DNA of 64,000 bases from Reclinomonas americana ATCC 50394. Lineage: Eukaryota. Where the stretch lies: NCBI GenBank assembly GCA_048213135.1, contig PS015010.1, positions 930,001 to 994,000 of the forward strand. The letters run 5' to 3'. The number at the start of each line of letters is the position of its first letter. Positions within the stretch are counted from its first letter, which is position 1. The position numbers and the translations under genes were made by a program. Shown here in pieces: positions 9,712 to 20,231 of this stretch. The notes beneath the pieces were generated by a model. That model did no database searches and was not told the DNA's origin. It saw only the letters and a list, made by a program, of their open reading frames with translations.

Positions 9712-10623
9712 ATGAGATCAGTTTTCGCGATCTTTTTTTTGTTCCTCGCTTTACATGCCACCGCGGGTGACAGCACCCGGTATAGCCAGGCAGAGATTAT
9801 TTATGGCCGCAAGGATGGCATGGCCCTTACCATGACCAGGCTCGATCCGCTGAAACCCAAAGGCAAAGCCATTATACGGGTGGTGAGTGGTAACTGGAAA
9901 TCGGATTACACACGGCTGCAGCGCAGCATTGCCGAATCGGAACCCTTCCTCGAGAATGGTTACACCGTGTTTGCGGTACTGCCCAGCTCGCAACCCCGTT
10001 ATAATATGATCGATGAAGTGGCCGATATAAAACGAGCGGTTCGTTTTATCCGCTACAATGCGGCATCGTATGGTATTGATCCCGATCATATCGGTATTAC
10101 GGGATCTTCGTCGGGCGGACATTTATCACTGATGGTAGCCACGGCTGACGAAGTGCAGGAGAACAACGGCGACCCGGTGAACGCGGTTTCTGCCAGGGTG
10201 CAGGCTGTAGTCGCGTTTTTCCCGCCAACGGATTTTTCCAATTTTGGTTTGAAGAATATGGATTTTGCCATGACGCAGAAAATACTGGTAATGACCGGTG
10301 TGGCCGGGGCATTTGATTTTAAGGAATGGAGCGACAGCACGCAGACCTACGTATCCATCACGAATATGGAAAAGAAACAGGCACTATCAAAACAGGTATC
10401 GCCTATTAATTTTGTAACGCCCGACGATCCGCCAACGCTGCTGTTGCATGGCGACAAAGACAGGCTGGTTCCCCTGCAGCAATCGCAATCCATCCTGTCA
10501 AAATATAAGGCCGCCGGGGTACCCGCGGAACTGATCGTTCATGAAGGGGGCGGGCATGGCTGGAAGCCCGACGACAGCGAAGTGAAACGCATTAACGGCT
10601 GGTTTGACCAGTACCTGAAATAA
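9712..10623 (+). CDS. Secreted alpha/beta hydrolase (esterase/lipase)
   Basis: GSSSGG nucleophile, HGDKDRLVP, GGGHGW. Confidence 0.9.
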   Translation: MRSVFAIFFLFLALHATAGDSTRYSQAEIIYGRKDGMALTMTRLDPLKPKGKAIIRVVSGNWKSDYTRLQRSIAESEPFLENGYTVFAVLPSSQPRYNMIDEVADIKRAVRFIRYNAASYGIDPDHIGITGSSSGGHLSLMVATADEVQENNGDPVNAVSARVQAVVAFFPPTDFSNFGLKNMDFAMTQKILVMTGVAGAFDFKEWSDSTQTYVSITNMEKKQALSKQVSPINFVTPDDPPTLLLHGDKDRLVPLQQSQSILSKYKAAGVPAELIVHEGGGHGWKPDDSEVKRINGWFDQYLK

Positions 10624-10710
10624 CGGTTGCGTTCCCGGAAAGTTTATTCCCTTTATCGCAACTTTTTGTTTGAATAAACAGGATAATTTTACCGGATAAA
10701 ATACAATCAC

Positions 10711-11547
10711 ATGAGTAAAGTATGGTTCATTACAGGTTGTTCCACCGGCTTCGGAAGGGAACTGGCCAAACATGTGCTGGAACTCGGCAATAAGGTTGCT
10801 GTTACCGCACGCAGGACAGGAGATATAGAAGACATTGTATCGCAATACCCGGGTAATGCCGTGGCCATTGCGCTCGACGTAACACAACCCGCACAGGTGA
10901 AAGCGGCTGTGCAGGAAGCTGAATCGGCTTTCGGACGTATTGATGTACTGGTGAACAATGCCGGTATCGGTTATTTTGGCGCTGTGGAAGAAAGCGAAGA
11001 TGACGAAGTGCGCCGTATGTTCGAGATCAACTTCTTTGGCCTGGCAGAAGTTACCCGAGCCGTGCTGCCCATCATGCGTAAGCAGCGGAGCGGTCATATC
11101 GTAAATGTATCTTCCATCGGAGGCTTTGTGGCTTTCCCGGCGATCGGTTTCTATAATGCCACCAAGTTCGCGGTAATGGGTTATTCCGAAGCCCTGTCCA
11201 AAGAAGTGGCACACCTCGGCATCAAAGTAACGGTAGTGGCACCAAGTGGTTTCCGTACCGACTGGGCCGGCCGTTCAGCCAAGAACAGCAACATTGTTAT
11301 TGATGACTATGCACAGTCTGCGCACGCTAACCAGGGTAATATCCGCGGTTACAGCGGTAATCAGCCGGGTGATCCCGTACGGGCCGCCAAAGCCATCGTT
11401 ACAGCAGTTGAATCTGCCAACCCGCCACTGCGTTTATTACTGGGCGCAGCAGCGCTAAAAAATGCACGTCTCAAACTGGAAGAACTGAAACAGGAGTTTG
11501 ATACCTGGGCTGAAACAACAGAAGGCGCAGATTTCCCGAAAGCATAA
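10711..11547 (+). CDS. SDR family oxidoreductase
   Basis: TGCSTGFG, NNAG, YNATK. Confidence 0.93.
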   Translation: MSKVWFITGCSTGFGRELAKHVLELGNKVAVTARRTGDIEDIVSQYPGNAVAIALDVTQPAQVKAAVQEAESAFGRIDVLVNNAGIGYFGAVEESEDDEVRRMFEINFFGLAEVTRAVLPIMRKQRSGHIVNVSSIGGFVAFPAIGFYNATKFAVMGYSEALSKEVAHLGIKVTVVAPSGFRTDWAGRSAKNSNIVIDDYAQSAHANQGNIRGYSGNQPGDPVRAAKAIVTAVESANPPLRLLLGAAALKNARLKLEELKQEFDTWAETTEGADFPKA

Positions 11548-11564
11548 AGAACATTCGCAGTAAT

Positions 11565-11605
11565 AAAAAGAGAAGCCGGAACATTGCCCGGCTTCTCTTC
11601 TTTTT
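11565..11605. terminator. Bidirectional terminator between convergent genes
   Basis: AAAAAGAGAAGCCGG-loop-CCGGCTTCTCTTCTTTTT. Confidence 0.75.
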
Positions 11606-11634
11606 ATGCCAACTACCCTAAAGCTGTAAAATAC

Positions 11635-12084
11635 TTACTGGCCTTTCTTTGCTTTCTTTCTGTCGATCTCGTTACCTACGGCGTAACCGGCACCAGCGCC
11701 AATCAATCCGCCCAATACAGCGCCTGCTGCTTTATTTTTACTTACCACAGCACCCAGGATGGCACCTGAACCGGCACCGATAGCGGCACCTTTAGCCCGG
11801 TTACTCCAGCCTTTCTTTTTGGCGGTAGTGGAAGCGGTTGTTGTTGTGGAGCCTGAAGGCGCATCGCGGTATACCACTACGGTTTTTACCACAGGTTTTT
11901 TGGTCTCACCCATTTTAGCGAGTGCGGCAATATTACCCTGGCTGTGATCGGTAGTATAATCGTTGTTGTACATCGATTCGTAGCCGGTCATTACCGGTTG
12001 CGTGTCAATACCCTCAATAGTTTTGTTTTTGCACGATACCATTACAAATCCCGTTAATGATAAAGCGATGATTACCTTTTTCAT
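11635..12084 (-). CDS. Glycine-zipper lipoprotein (YMGG-like)
   Basis: Lipobox VSC; KKKGWS...GAAIGAGSGAILGA...GAVLGGLIGAGAG. Confidence 0.85.
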   Translation of the reverse strand: MKKVIIALSLTGFVMVSCKNKTIEGIDTQPVMTGYESMYNNDYTTDHSQGNIAALAKMGETKKPVVKTVVVYRDAPSGSTTTTASTTAKKKGWSNRAKGAAIGAGSGAILGAVVSKNKAAGAVLGGLIGAGAGYAVGNEIDRKKAKKGQ

Positions 12085-12402
12085 GATCGTTGATTTTAAT
12101 GTTAATTGTTTAATTGTTTACGATCCGTTCGGATCATTCCATTCATTAAATGTTTTAACATTGAATGGAGCCGTTTGTATGGCTTCACTATAAGAAGTTA
12201 CAAAACCGTGCCAGAAAAGTTATATATAGCAACGGGATGTAAACTGTGGAGGAAAAACCACAGAAATGAACTGGTTTACAGGGGAAAAGGCTGTGGAAAA
12301 GCTTTTCTTCCTGTTTCTTTAAATCGCTGTTTTTAGGGAAAAATTTTCATCTGGCAAACAGTTATGAATGCCTGTTTTTCTTAATGCGGGGAATAAAAAA
12401 GG

Positions 12403-12984
12403 TTACAATTTCCTGATCTTACTGATCACTATGGGTGCATCAAAATGTTCGCCTGAACTTCTCTCATTCTGAATCTTTCTTACAATATCCATGCCTTTGA
12501 ATACAGTGCCAAATGCGGCATAACCTTCCTGGTCTTCACCATCACCTTTACCATAATCAAACTGCAGCTGATCGCCGATACAGATAAAGAATTCCGTGTT
12601 GGCTGTGCCGGGGAGTGTACGTGCCAGGGATACCGTTCCGTCTTTGTGCGACAACCCGCTTTGACGGGTTGATTCATGAGGGATACCGGGAATATTGGGT
12701 TGTGCTTTACCATTTACCTGGAACATGCCACCCTGTATGATGCCGGTGTTGAAGGAGGAGGGGAGTTCATCTGCTTTCAGTACCCTGTAAAAAGAACCTT
12801 TATTGTAATAACCGGAATCGATGTAGGAAAGAAACGCGGCAACCGATTTGGGTGCTTTATCGGGGAAAAGTTCCAGTTCGATATCTCCCATAGTGGTATA
12901 GATCACCACATGCGGGTTTTTATATTTCGGGCTGCTGCATCCCAGTGCAAGAGCAGTAAGAAGCGTGAAGAGTGCAATGCGCAT
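12403..12984 (-). CDS. Cyclophilin-type peptidyl-prolyl isomerase (lipoprotein)
   Basis: FYRV, IIQGG, SLAR, EFFI, YAAFG. Confidence 0.9.
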   Translation of the reverse strand: MRIALFTLLTALALGCSSPKYKNPHVVIYTTMGDIELELFPDKAPKSVAAFLSYIDSGYYNKGSFYRVLKADELPSSFNTGIIQGGMFQVNGKAQPNIPGIPHESTRQSGLSHKDGTVSLARTLPGTANTEFFICIGDQLQFDYGKGDGEDQEGYAAFGTVFKGMDIVRKIQNERSSGEHFDAPIVISKIRKL

Positions 12985-13022
12985 GGCTGCAAATTAAATC
13001 ATTTCCCTGTCCCGGCTGCGGG

Positions 13023-13304
13023 TTATTTGCAATCGTTGGCGATCTTGAAGATCTCGGAAATGGAGATGCGTTTTACATCATCATAATTGTGGAACTTCTC
13101 TGCGATCACATCCACGGCGCAGTCACAGTATTTCTCTGCTTTTTCCTTGCTCAGGATGAGGGTGGCTTTGTCGGAGCAGTTGCCTACAAATTCTTTTACC
13201 TGGCGGTTGGTCCAGTATTTAAGGGCGGCGCGGGCAATGGTTTTACAGGAGATGGCAGTTACGAGGCCCACCAGGGCAAGGGAAATAATCAGTTTGGTCT
13301 TCAT
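13023..13304 (-). CDS. Small hypothetical lipoprotein
   Basis: Lipobox ISC; YCDC motif. Confidence 0.7.
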   Translation of the reverse strand: MKTKLIISLALVGLVTAISCKTIARAALKYWTNRQVKEFVGNCSDKATLILSKEKAEKYCDCAVDVIAEKFHNYDDVKRISISEIFKIANDCK

Positions 13305-13458
13305 GATCAGGTCATTTGATACAAGATAGAGATAAATTATGAATTACGGATTACGAATGAGAAATGTGAACAACATTGTGCCTGTACATGATGTTTTTAT
13401 TGTTCTTTCGACTTACTTCGCCTGTGATTCGTCATTCGTAATTCGTAATTTTTTTTCA

Positions 13459-13929
13459 TTGAAAAAGTTCTGCCTCTCCGTTTTCTTCTTTTTTGCAGCA
13501 TATGTTTCCATTGCCATGCCTGCAAACGACTCCCGGTACCCCATACACGCAGATACCATTCCGCAGTGGTGCAAGGGTAACTTCAGCGATGACTATGGCA
13601 TCCGCTACCAGGTGAATGATACCCTGTGGGTACAACTGCCCGATGTGAAATACCATATTATCCGCTGGAACACAGCCGAACAGTACATCATTGCCCGTAA
13701 TGATGACGCCAACCCGTCGGAGAAAGGATTATACACACGTATCGATTACATGCCCTTCAGCAACATGGAGCCTTACCGCTGGGGTTTTTGCCTGACAGTA
13801 TATGATGCGCCGGATGAAATGACCGCGGAACGAAAGGCAAAAGCCGACAGGCAGAATCCCAGGAAGGGCTGCAACGGCTTTCCTTTCTCCAGGATGAAAC
13901 CGGTTGCGGAAAATACTGTCCGTCAATAG
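13459..13929 (+). CDS. Secreted hypothetical protein
   Basis: TTG start before a signal peptide; DDYGI, TRIDY, GCNGFPFSRMK. Confidence 0.7.
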   Translation: MKKFCLSVFFFFAAYVSIAMPANDSRYPIHADTIPQWCKGNFSDDYGIRYQVNDTLWVQLPDVKYHIIRWNTAEQYIIARNDDANPSEKGLYTRIDYMPFSNMEPYRWGFCLTVYDAPDEMTAERKAKADRQNPRKGCNGFPFSRMKPVAENTVRQ

Positions 13930-14017
13930 ATAACGCTCATACCGCTTATCACAAAATTAAACGGCACGGATACAGCTTCTGGAATAAGTTACTTACTTTT
14001 GCGCAAAACAACCTCCA

Positions 14018-14401
14018 ATGAAAATTTTTGTAGCGGGCTTACCCTATGACCTTGACGACGCCGAACTCGAAGAGATATTTGAGAAATTCGGTACCGTTGC
14101 TTCAGCAAAAGTTTCAATCGATAAAGAAACCGGCAAAAGCCGTGGTTTTGGTTTTGTCGATATGCCCGATGCTACAGAAGCTAAAGATGCCATTGAAAGC
14201 CTGAATGATATTTCCCTCGGTAAAAAACCGCTCGTAGTAAAACAAGCAGAAGAACGCGGCGGTGGCGGCGGTGGGTATTCCCACGGCGGCGGCGGACGTG
14301 GCGGCTCTTCTTACGGAGGAGGCGGTGGCCGCAGTTCCGGTGGTGGTGGATATAAAGGTGGCGGTGGAGGATATCAGGGCGGTGGAGGCAATTATCGCTG
14401 A
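14018..14401 (+). CDS. RRM RNA-binding protein with Gly-rich tail
   Basis: RNP2 IFVAGL, RNP1 RGFGFVDM; TACTTTTG promoter element at 13994-14001. Confidence 0.95.
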   Translation: MKIFVAGLPYDLDDAELEEIFEKFGTVASAKVSIDKETGKSRGFGFVDMPDATEAKDAIESLNDISLGKKPLVVKQAEERGGGGGGYSHGGGGRGGSSYGGGGGRSSGGGGYKGGGGGYQGGGGNYR

Positions 14402-14425
14402 TCAATATGACTTTAATTATAGATG

Positions 14426-14459
14426 CAGTCCCGGTGTAATGCCGGGACTGTTTATTTTT
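14426..14459 (+). terminator. Intrinsic terminator
   Basis: CAGTCCCGG-loop-CCGGGACTG plus T tract. Confidence 0.7.
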
Positions 14460-14538
14460 CCGGAAAGTGTAAATCATTCTTCCCCTCCGGCAGGTGTAAT
14501 TGCTGTGCAACGCAGTAGCTTTGCAGCAAAAAAACAGC

Positions 14539-15120
14539 ATGGATATTTCTGCTTTCAATACCCTTGTCCGTAACCGGCGTTCCGTTTTTCCCAAACAATT
14601 CGTCCCCGGCCAGGTCATCGACCATTCTATTATTGAAGAAATACTGGTGAATGCCACCTGGGCACCCAATCACGGGCAGACCGAACCCTGGCATTTTTCC
14701 GTTTTCTCCGGCGCGGGGTTACAACGTTTCGCCGATTTTCAAAGCGGCTTGTACCGGCAAACAGCGGGTGACCAGTTTAAAGAAGATAAGTTTATCAAAC
14801 TGCAGCAAACACCCTTACTGGCATCGCATATCATTTCCATTGGAATGAAACGCAGCGCTAAAAAGAATATTCCCGAGATTGAAGACATAGAAGCTGTCGC
14901 CTGCGCTGTTCAGAACATTTATCTTTCTGTTAGCGCCTATGGTTTGGGCGGTTACTGGACAAGTGGCGGCGTTACCTATCTCGAAGAAGCCAAATCCTTT
15001 TTTGGTTTGGGAGAGGAGGACAAACTGCTCGGCTTTTTCTACATCGGCCATGTGGCAGTGCCATCGCCTTCGGCAAAACGCAGCCCGCTTGAGCAGAAGG
15101 TAACCTGGATCAACAGTTAG
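14539..15120 (+). CDS. Nitroreductase family protein
   Basis: RRSV, APNHGQTEPW, CAVQNIYL, GLGGYW. Confidence 0.9.
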   Translation: MDISAFNTLVRNRRSVFPKQFVPGQVIDHSIIEEILVNATWAPNHGQTEPWHFSVFSGAGLQRFADFQSGLYRQTAGDQFKEDKFIKLQQTPLLASHIISIGMKRSAKKNIPEIEDIEAVACAVQNIYLSVSAYGLGGYWTSGGVTYLEEAKSFFGLGEEDKLLGFFYIGHVAVPSPSAKRSPLEQKVTWINS

Positions 15121-15188
15121 CGGCGGCGGATGAAACCGGCAGTCAATAATTTACCTGATAATTGCGAATGATGGCTTAATTTCCCATC

Positions 15189-17465
15189 ATGAAAAATCTT
15201 CTCCTTACCTGCACCGCGCTGCTGGCTGTTGCATGCGCACAGGCGCAATTCGTCAACACGGTTAGCGATCCTGTTGAGTACATCAACCCGCTGATGGGTA
15301 CTGACTCTAAAGTTGAACTCAGCAATGGTAATACGTATCCCGCCATCGGCCTGCCATGGGGTATGAATATGTGGACGCCGCAAACCAACCTCATGGGCAA
15401 TGGATGGCAGTACCAGTACGGGGCAGATAAGATCCGCGGATTTAAACAAACACACCAGCCATCGCCATGGATGAACGATTACGGCCAGTTTGCCATTATG
15501 CCGGTAACGGGTAAACGCTTTTCCCAGGAAGACAGGGCCAGCTGGTTCTCCCATAAATCCGAAGTCGCCAAACCTTATTATTACAGTGTTTACCTGGCTG
15601 ACCACGACATTACCGCGGAGATAGCACCTACGGAAAGAGCCGCCAGTTTTCGTTTCCGTTACCCGCAATCCGACAGCTCCTTTGTAGTGGTAGACGCCTT
15701 TAACCGCGGCTCTTATATAAAAATAATACCCGCCGAAAGAAAGATCACCGGCTACAGCACCCGCTACAGCAGGGGAAAGATGCCGGGATTCAAAAATTAT
15801 TTTGTGATCACTTTTGATAAGGCCTTTACCATGTCGGATACCTGGCATGGTATCCAACTGGCAAAAGACACGCTGGAATATACCGGCGATCACTCCGGCG
15901 CCATTGTTGGTTTCAGAACGGCGAAAGGTGAAACCGTTAATGTTCGTGTGGCCTCTTCCTTCATCAGTTTTGAACAGGCCGAACTCAACCTGAAAGAGAT
16001 CGGCAACGCGGATTTTGAGACCGTAAAAGCAAGGGCCAAAGCGGTGTGGAATAAAACCCTCAGCCGGATTGAACCACAGGGCGGCACCGTAGATCAGATG
16101 CGTACTTTTTATTCCTGTCTTTACCGCACTTTATTCTTCCCCAACAGGCTGTATGAAAAAGATGCAGCGGGAAACATTGTTCATTACAGTCCCTACAACG
16201 GCAAAGTGCTGCCGGGTTATATGTTTGGCGGAACGGGTTTCTGGGATACGTTCCGGGCCTTATATCCTTTCCTGAATCTCCTCTATCCCGAGATCAATAA
16301 AGAGATGCAGGAAGGGCTGATCAACGATTACAAGGAAGGAGGGTGGTTGCCCGAATGGAGCAGCCCGGGTTATGCCGATATTATGATCGGTAATAATTCC
16401 GCTTCCGTTGTGGCTGATGCTTATGTCAAAGGCCTGAGGGGTTATGATATCAATACACTCTATGAAGCGTTGCTGCATGGCGCCAACAATGAGGGCCCGG
16501 TGAGTGCCGTTGGTCGTAAAGGAGTAGAGTACTATAACAAGCTGGGCTATGTTCCTTATGATGTAAAGATCAATGAGAATGCCGCCCGTACGTTGGAATA
16601 TGCTTATGACGATTTCGCCATCTGGCAACTGGCCAAAGCGCTGAAACGCCCGGCAGCGGAAATTCAGTTGTATGCCAAACGCTGCCAGAACTACCGTAAC
16701 CTGTTTGACCCGTCTACCAAACTGATGCGTGGGAAAAATGAAGACGGCAGTTTTCAGTCGCCGTTCAATCCGTTTAAGTGGGGCGATGCTTTTACAGAAG
16801 GCAATAGCTGGCACTACAGCTGGAGCGTGTTTCACGATGTGCAGGGACTTATAGGCCTGATGGGCGGAAAAGATATGTTTGTGAAAATGCTGGATTCTGT
16901 TTTTCACCTGCCACCTGTTTTTGACGACAGTTATTATGGCGGTGTTATTCACGAGATCAGGGAAATGCAGATCGCCAATATGGGACAGTATGCGCATGGC
17001 AACCAGCCTATACAGCATATGATCTATCTCTACAATTATGCAGGACAGCCCTGGAAAACACAATACTGGGCCAGGGAAACCATGGACCGCATGTACAAAG
17101 CCACGCCTGACGGATATTGTGGTGATGAGGATAATGGTCAAACATCGGCCTGGTACGTATTTGGTGCGCTTGGATTTTATCCTGTCTGCCCGGCTACTGA
17201 CCAGTATGTGCTGGGAACGCCTTTATTTAAAAAGATCACTTTGCGGCTGGCGAACGGCAAACAATTCGTGATCAATGCACCGGCCAACAGTGCAGAGAAT
17301 AAATACATTCAGTCTGCGCAACTCAACGGGCAGACCTGGGACCGGAACTGGCTGAATCATTTCGATCTGCAGAAAGGTGGCACTTTTAACCTGGTGATGG
17401 GAGCGAAGCCCAATACCAACCGCGGAAACACTACCGCATCGGCTCCTTACTCTTTCAGCAACTAA
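15189..17465 (+). CDS. GH92 alpha-1,2-mannosidase
   Basis: GNTYP, HQPSPW, FWDTFR, TEGNSW, HGNQP, GDEDNGQ. Confidence 0.95.
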   Translation: MKNLLLTCTALLAVACAQAQFVNTVSDPVEYINPLMGTDSKVELSNGNTYPAIGLPWGMNMWTPQTNLMGNGWQYQYGADKIRGFKQTHQPSPWMNDYGQFAIMPVTGKRFSQEDRASWFSHKSEVAKPYYYSVYLADHDITAEIAPTERAASFRFRYPQSDSSFVVVDAFNRGSYIKIIPAERKITGYSTRYSRGKMPGFKNYFVITFDKAFTMSDTWHGIQLAKDTLEYTGDHSGAIVGFRTAKGETVNVRVASSFISFEQAELNLKEIGNADFETVKARAKAVWNKTLSRIEPQGGTVDQMRTFYSCLYRTLFFPNRLYEKDAAGNIVHYSPYNGKVLPGYMFGGTGFWDTFRALYPFLNLLYPEINKEMQEGLINDYKEGGWLPEWSSPGYADIMIGNNSASVVADAYVKGLRGYDINTLYEALLHGANNEGPVSAVGRKGVEYYNKLGYVPYDVKINENAARTLEYAYDDFAIWQLAKALKRPAAEIQLYAKRCQNYRNLFDPSTKLMRGKNEDGSFQSPFNPFKWGDAFTEGNSWHYSWSVFHDVQGLIGLMGGKDMFVKMLDSVFHLPPVFDDSYYGGVIHEIREMQIANMGQYAHGNQPIQHMIYLYNYAGQPWKTQYWARETMDRMYKATPDGYCGDEDNGQTSAWYVFGALGFYPVCPATDQYVLGTPLFKKITLRLANGKQFVINAPANSAENKYIQSAQLNGQTWDRNWLNHFDLQKGGTFNLVMGAKPNTNRGNTTASAPYSFSN

Positions 17466-17487
17466 AATAATAGTACCTGTTTTATAT

Positions 17488-17518
17488 ATCCCTGTCGTGA
17501 TGCGGCAGGGATTTTTTT
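17488..17518 (+). terminator. Intrinsic terminator
   Basis: ATCCCTGTCG-loop-CGGCAGGGAT plus T tract. Confidence 0.7.
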
Positions 17519-17555
17519 ATTTAACAGAAAAAGATTTGGTGGACTGAACTTTTAT

Positions 17556-17569
17556 TCTACATTTGTAGA
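17556..17569. promoter_or_regulatory. BlaI/MecI/CopY operator overlapping the -7 promoter element
   Basis: Palindrome TCTACATTTGTAGA contains TACA-N2-TGTA and TACATTTG; TTTG -33 element at 17535-17538. Confidence 0.75.
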
Positions 17570-17589
17570 GATAAATAACAAAACGTAGA

Positions 17590-17964
17590 ATGACGCCATT
17601 GTCCAAAACAGAAGAACAACTAATGGAGCTGATCTGGCAGCAGGAAAAAGTTTTCCTGAAAGACCTGGTAGAAGCGTATCCTGACCCCAAGCCGGCATCC
17701 ACCACCATTGCCACCCTGTTGAAACGTATGCAGGATAAGGGTTTTGTAGGGTACGAGGTATTTGGTAATTCCCGGCAGTATTACCCTTTGGTGAAAAAGG
17801 CCGATTATTTTTCCAAACATGTAAAAGGGATGATCCGCAATTATTTCGGTGACTCGGCTTTGCAGTTCGCTTCTTTCTTTACCACCAGCAGCGATCTTAG
17901 CCGGGCGGAACTGGAAGACCTTAAAAAAATAATTGACCAGGAAATAAAAAAGAAAAAGAAATGA
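17590..17964 (+). CDS. blaI: BlaI/MecI/CopY family repressor
   Basis: EEQLMELIW, TTIATLLKRM, YYPLV; adjacent M56 gene. Confidence 0.9.
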   Translation: MTPLSKTEEQLMELIWQQEKVFLKDLVEAYPDPKPASTTIATLLKRMQDKGFVGYEVFGNSRQYYPLVKKADYFSKHVKGMIRNYFGDSALQFASFFTTSSDLSRAELEDLKKIIDQEIKKKKK

Positions 17965-19391
17965 TCGCCTGCCTGACCAGATCGGTACTATGCTCCGGTT
18001 TATTATTGCTGGCGTACTTTCTTTTCCTGGAAAAGGAAAAGATGCACCGCTTTAACCGGCTCTGGCTTTTATTCAGCCTGGTATTTTCAATGGTGGTACC
18101 GTTCCTGGTAACCCGTGTATCCCTGCCGGAAATGCCGGAGATCATAACAGGTATAACACCCGAAACATCCACCGGGCAGTCTTTACAACCTGTTGTGCGC
18201 AACACGGGAACTGCTTTTAACTGGTTGTCTTTACTGCCTTACCTGTACGCTGCGGTATCCGGCTTCTTCCTGTTGCGCTTTGCGAGGAATCTGTGGCATA
18301 TCTATCGTAAAACAGCGGATGCTGCTTCAGTAAGCCTGCCGGGAGCCCGGCTGGTGCTGACAAGTGATGATGTGCAACCCTGCAGTTTCGGGCATTTCAT
18401 ATTTGTCAACCGCGACATCTATAACAGCGGGCAACTGGAAGAAGAAGTGCTCATTCACGAGCAGGCACACGTAAAACAGAAACATACCCTCGATATCATA
18501 CTGGTGGAACTGCTGCAGGTCATCGCCTGGTGGAACCCTTTTCTTTTCCTGTACAGGCGGGCCATACGGCTTAACCACGAGTTTTTGGCCGATGATGAAG
18601 TATTGCGATCCGCCGACCTGCGCCATTACCAGCACCTGCTGGTGGCGGCCTCGCACCCGGTCATGAAAACCTTACTCGCTACACCATTTAATTATTCCAT
18701 AACTAAAAAAAGATTGATCATGATGACACGGCACACCAGCCATTTTATGGCAGCAGGCAAAGCGTTGTTGCTATCCCCCTTGTTTGTATTCTGTTTTTTC
18801 GCATTCAGTTCTACCGCGACGGCGCAACAGGCCGGCAGCAGTAAAAATCTTCCGCGAATAGAAGCCGCCGCCTCCGATGCGCCCAAAATGATTACGGATG
18901 AATATGCTGAGATCATCAATAAATACAAATCCAATGTACCAGGTGCAAAAGCAGGCGGGCGCTCTTTTCATGAAAGCGTAACTGCAGAGGATAAGGCCAG
19001 GCTGGAAACCCTGTACAAAAAAATGAGCCGGGAACAGCAGGACCAGCAGACGGTGGGATTTATGCCTTCACCACCGCCCTTTACCCGGGCAGTGCCGAGC
19101 GAATCGCAGTTCAGGGATTTTAAAAACCCGGCGTTGTATGGTGTATGGCTTAATGATAAAAGGATAAGCAATGCAGAACTGGACAAATACCAGCGTACCG
19201 ATATGGGGCATTTCTTCATCAGCCGCCTCTACGGCGCTGCCAAAAAAGGAAGAAGTTATGTATACCAGGTCAACCTGATGACCAGCGATTATTACCAGGC
19301 CTATTACAATGATGCCATGTCCAGGAAGCAGGAGAACATCATGTTCACCAAAGTGGGTTTCAAAAAAGGCGATACGCCGGTAGTGAAGTAG
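17961..19391 (+). CDS. M56 family (BlaR1-like) metallopeptidase
   Basis: FNRLWLL, HEQAH, WWNP, HEFLADD, KKRLIMM. Confidence 0.92.
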   Translation: MIACLTRSVLCSGLLLLAYFLFLEKEKMHRFNRLWLLFSLVFSMVVPFLVTRVSLPEMPEIITGITPETSTGQSLQPVVRNTGTAFNWLSLLPYLYAAVSGFFLLRFARNLWHIYRKTADAASVSLPGARLVLTSDDVQPCSFGHFIFVNRDIYNSGQLEEEVLIHEQAHVKQKHTLDIILVELLQVIAWWNPFLFLYRRAIRLNHEFLADDEVLRSADLRHYQHLLVAASHPVMKTLLATPFNYSITKKRLIMMTRHTSHFMAAGKALLLSPLFVFCFFAFSSTATAQQAGSSKNLPRIEAAASDAPKMITDEYAEIINKYKSNVPGAKAGGRSFHESVTAEDKARLETLYKKMSREQQDQQTVGFMPSPPPFTRAVPSESQFRDFKNPALYGVWLNDKRISNAELDKYQRTDMGHFFISRLYGAAKKGRSYVYQVNLMTSDYYQAYYNDAMSRKQENIMFTKVGFKKGDTPVVK

Positions 19392-19402
19392 CGGGACAGC
19401 AG

Positions 19403-19530
19403 GGCAGTGTATCAGTTTGAAAATACAACGCTTCCCACAAAGCCGCTAAGGCCGCAAAGTACAGGCAGTAAGGCTGGATACTTTGCGCTCTTTGTGCCTT
19501 TGGGGGAGATATCCAAATTGATACATTATC
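19403..19530 (+). mobile_element. MITE-like palindromic element, copy 1
   Basis: Terminal IRs GGCAGTGTATCAGTTTG / CAAATTGATACATTATC; inverted homologue at 43541-43667. Confidence 0.6.
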
Positions 19531-19601
19531 GAGAAAAGGCATACTGGTATTTATTCCTGAAATGTTCTAATTTCGGTGCTCATTAAAAACCGGCCACAGG
19601 A

Positions 19602-20132
19602 ATGATCACCCTTGCTTATTTCGGGAGAGAAGATTTTCAGCAACTTATTCAATGGATCAATAACGAAGAACTGCTCACCAACTGGGCGGGCAGTATGTTT
19701 CGTTTCCCGCTTACGGTGGAAAGCCTGGAGTGGTATATTGAAGATACCAACGTACTGCCCAATTCAGAAGCCTACATCTATAAAGCGATTGACGGGAATG
19801 GTAAAACAGTAGGACACATCTCCCTGGGCGGGTTCAGTGACAAGAATCGTTCAGCCCGCATCAGCCGTGTATTTGTCGACCCGTCAGAATCAGGCAAAGG
19901 CTACTGCCGGCAAATGGTTACCGCCGTACTGAAAGTGGCTTTTGAAGAACTGAAACTGCATCGCGTGAGCCTGGGCGCTTACCAGGACAATGTGGCCGCT
20001 ATTAAATGTTACCAGTCAGCCGGTTTTTCCATAGAAGGCGTACACAGGGATATACTGTTGTACAATAATCAATACTGGAGCCTGGTGGAAATGTCGATGC
20101 TGGAAAGTGAGTGGGGGAATGTGGGGATGTGA
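19602..20132 (+). CDS. GNAT (RimJ/RimL-like) acetyltransferase
   Basis: SGKGY motif A, LKLHRVSL, AIKCYQSAGF. Confidence 0.9.
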   Translation: MITLAYFGREDFQQLIQWINNEELLTNWAGSMFRFPLTVESLEWYIEDTNVLPNSEAYIYKAIDGNGKTVGHISLGGFSDKNRSARISRVFVDPSESGKGYCRQMVTAVLKVAFEELKLHRVSLGAYQDNVAAIKCYQSAGFSIEGVHRDILLYNNQYWSLVEMSMLESEWGNVGM

Positions 20133-20149
20133 GAATGTGCGAATAAGAA

Positions 20150-20216
20150 AATATGCAAATGTGAAGATTTGAAAATGCAAAACAAGTCCCTTCGCTCAGG
20201 ATAAAATTCGTAATTG
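20150..20216 (-). repeat. REP-like intergenic element, copy 2
   Basis: Minus strand CAATTACGAATTTTATCCTGAGCGAAGGGACTTGTTTTGCATTTTCAAA, near-identical to the copy at 45006. Confidence 0.7.
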
Positions 20217-20231
20217 ATTGCACATTCGTAA

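Noticed and set aside
13339-13458. N-terminal extension of the 13339..13929 ORF
   Set aside because: It translates AATTACG heptamer repeat DNA; the signal peptide begins at the TTG at 13459.
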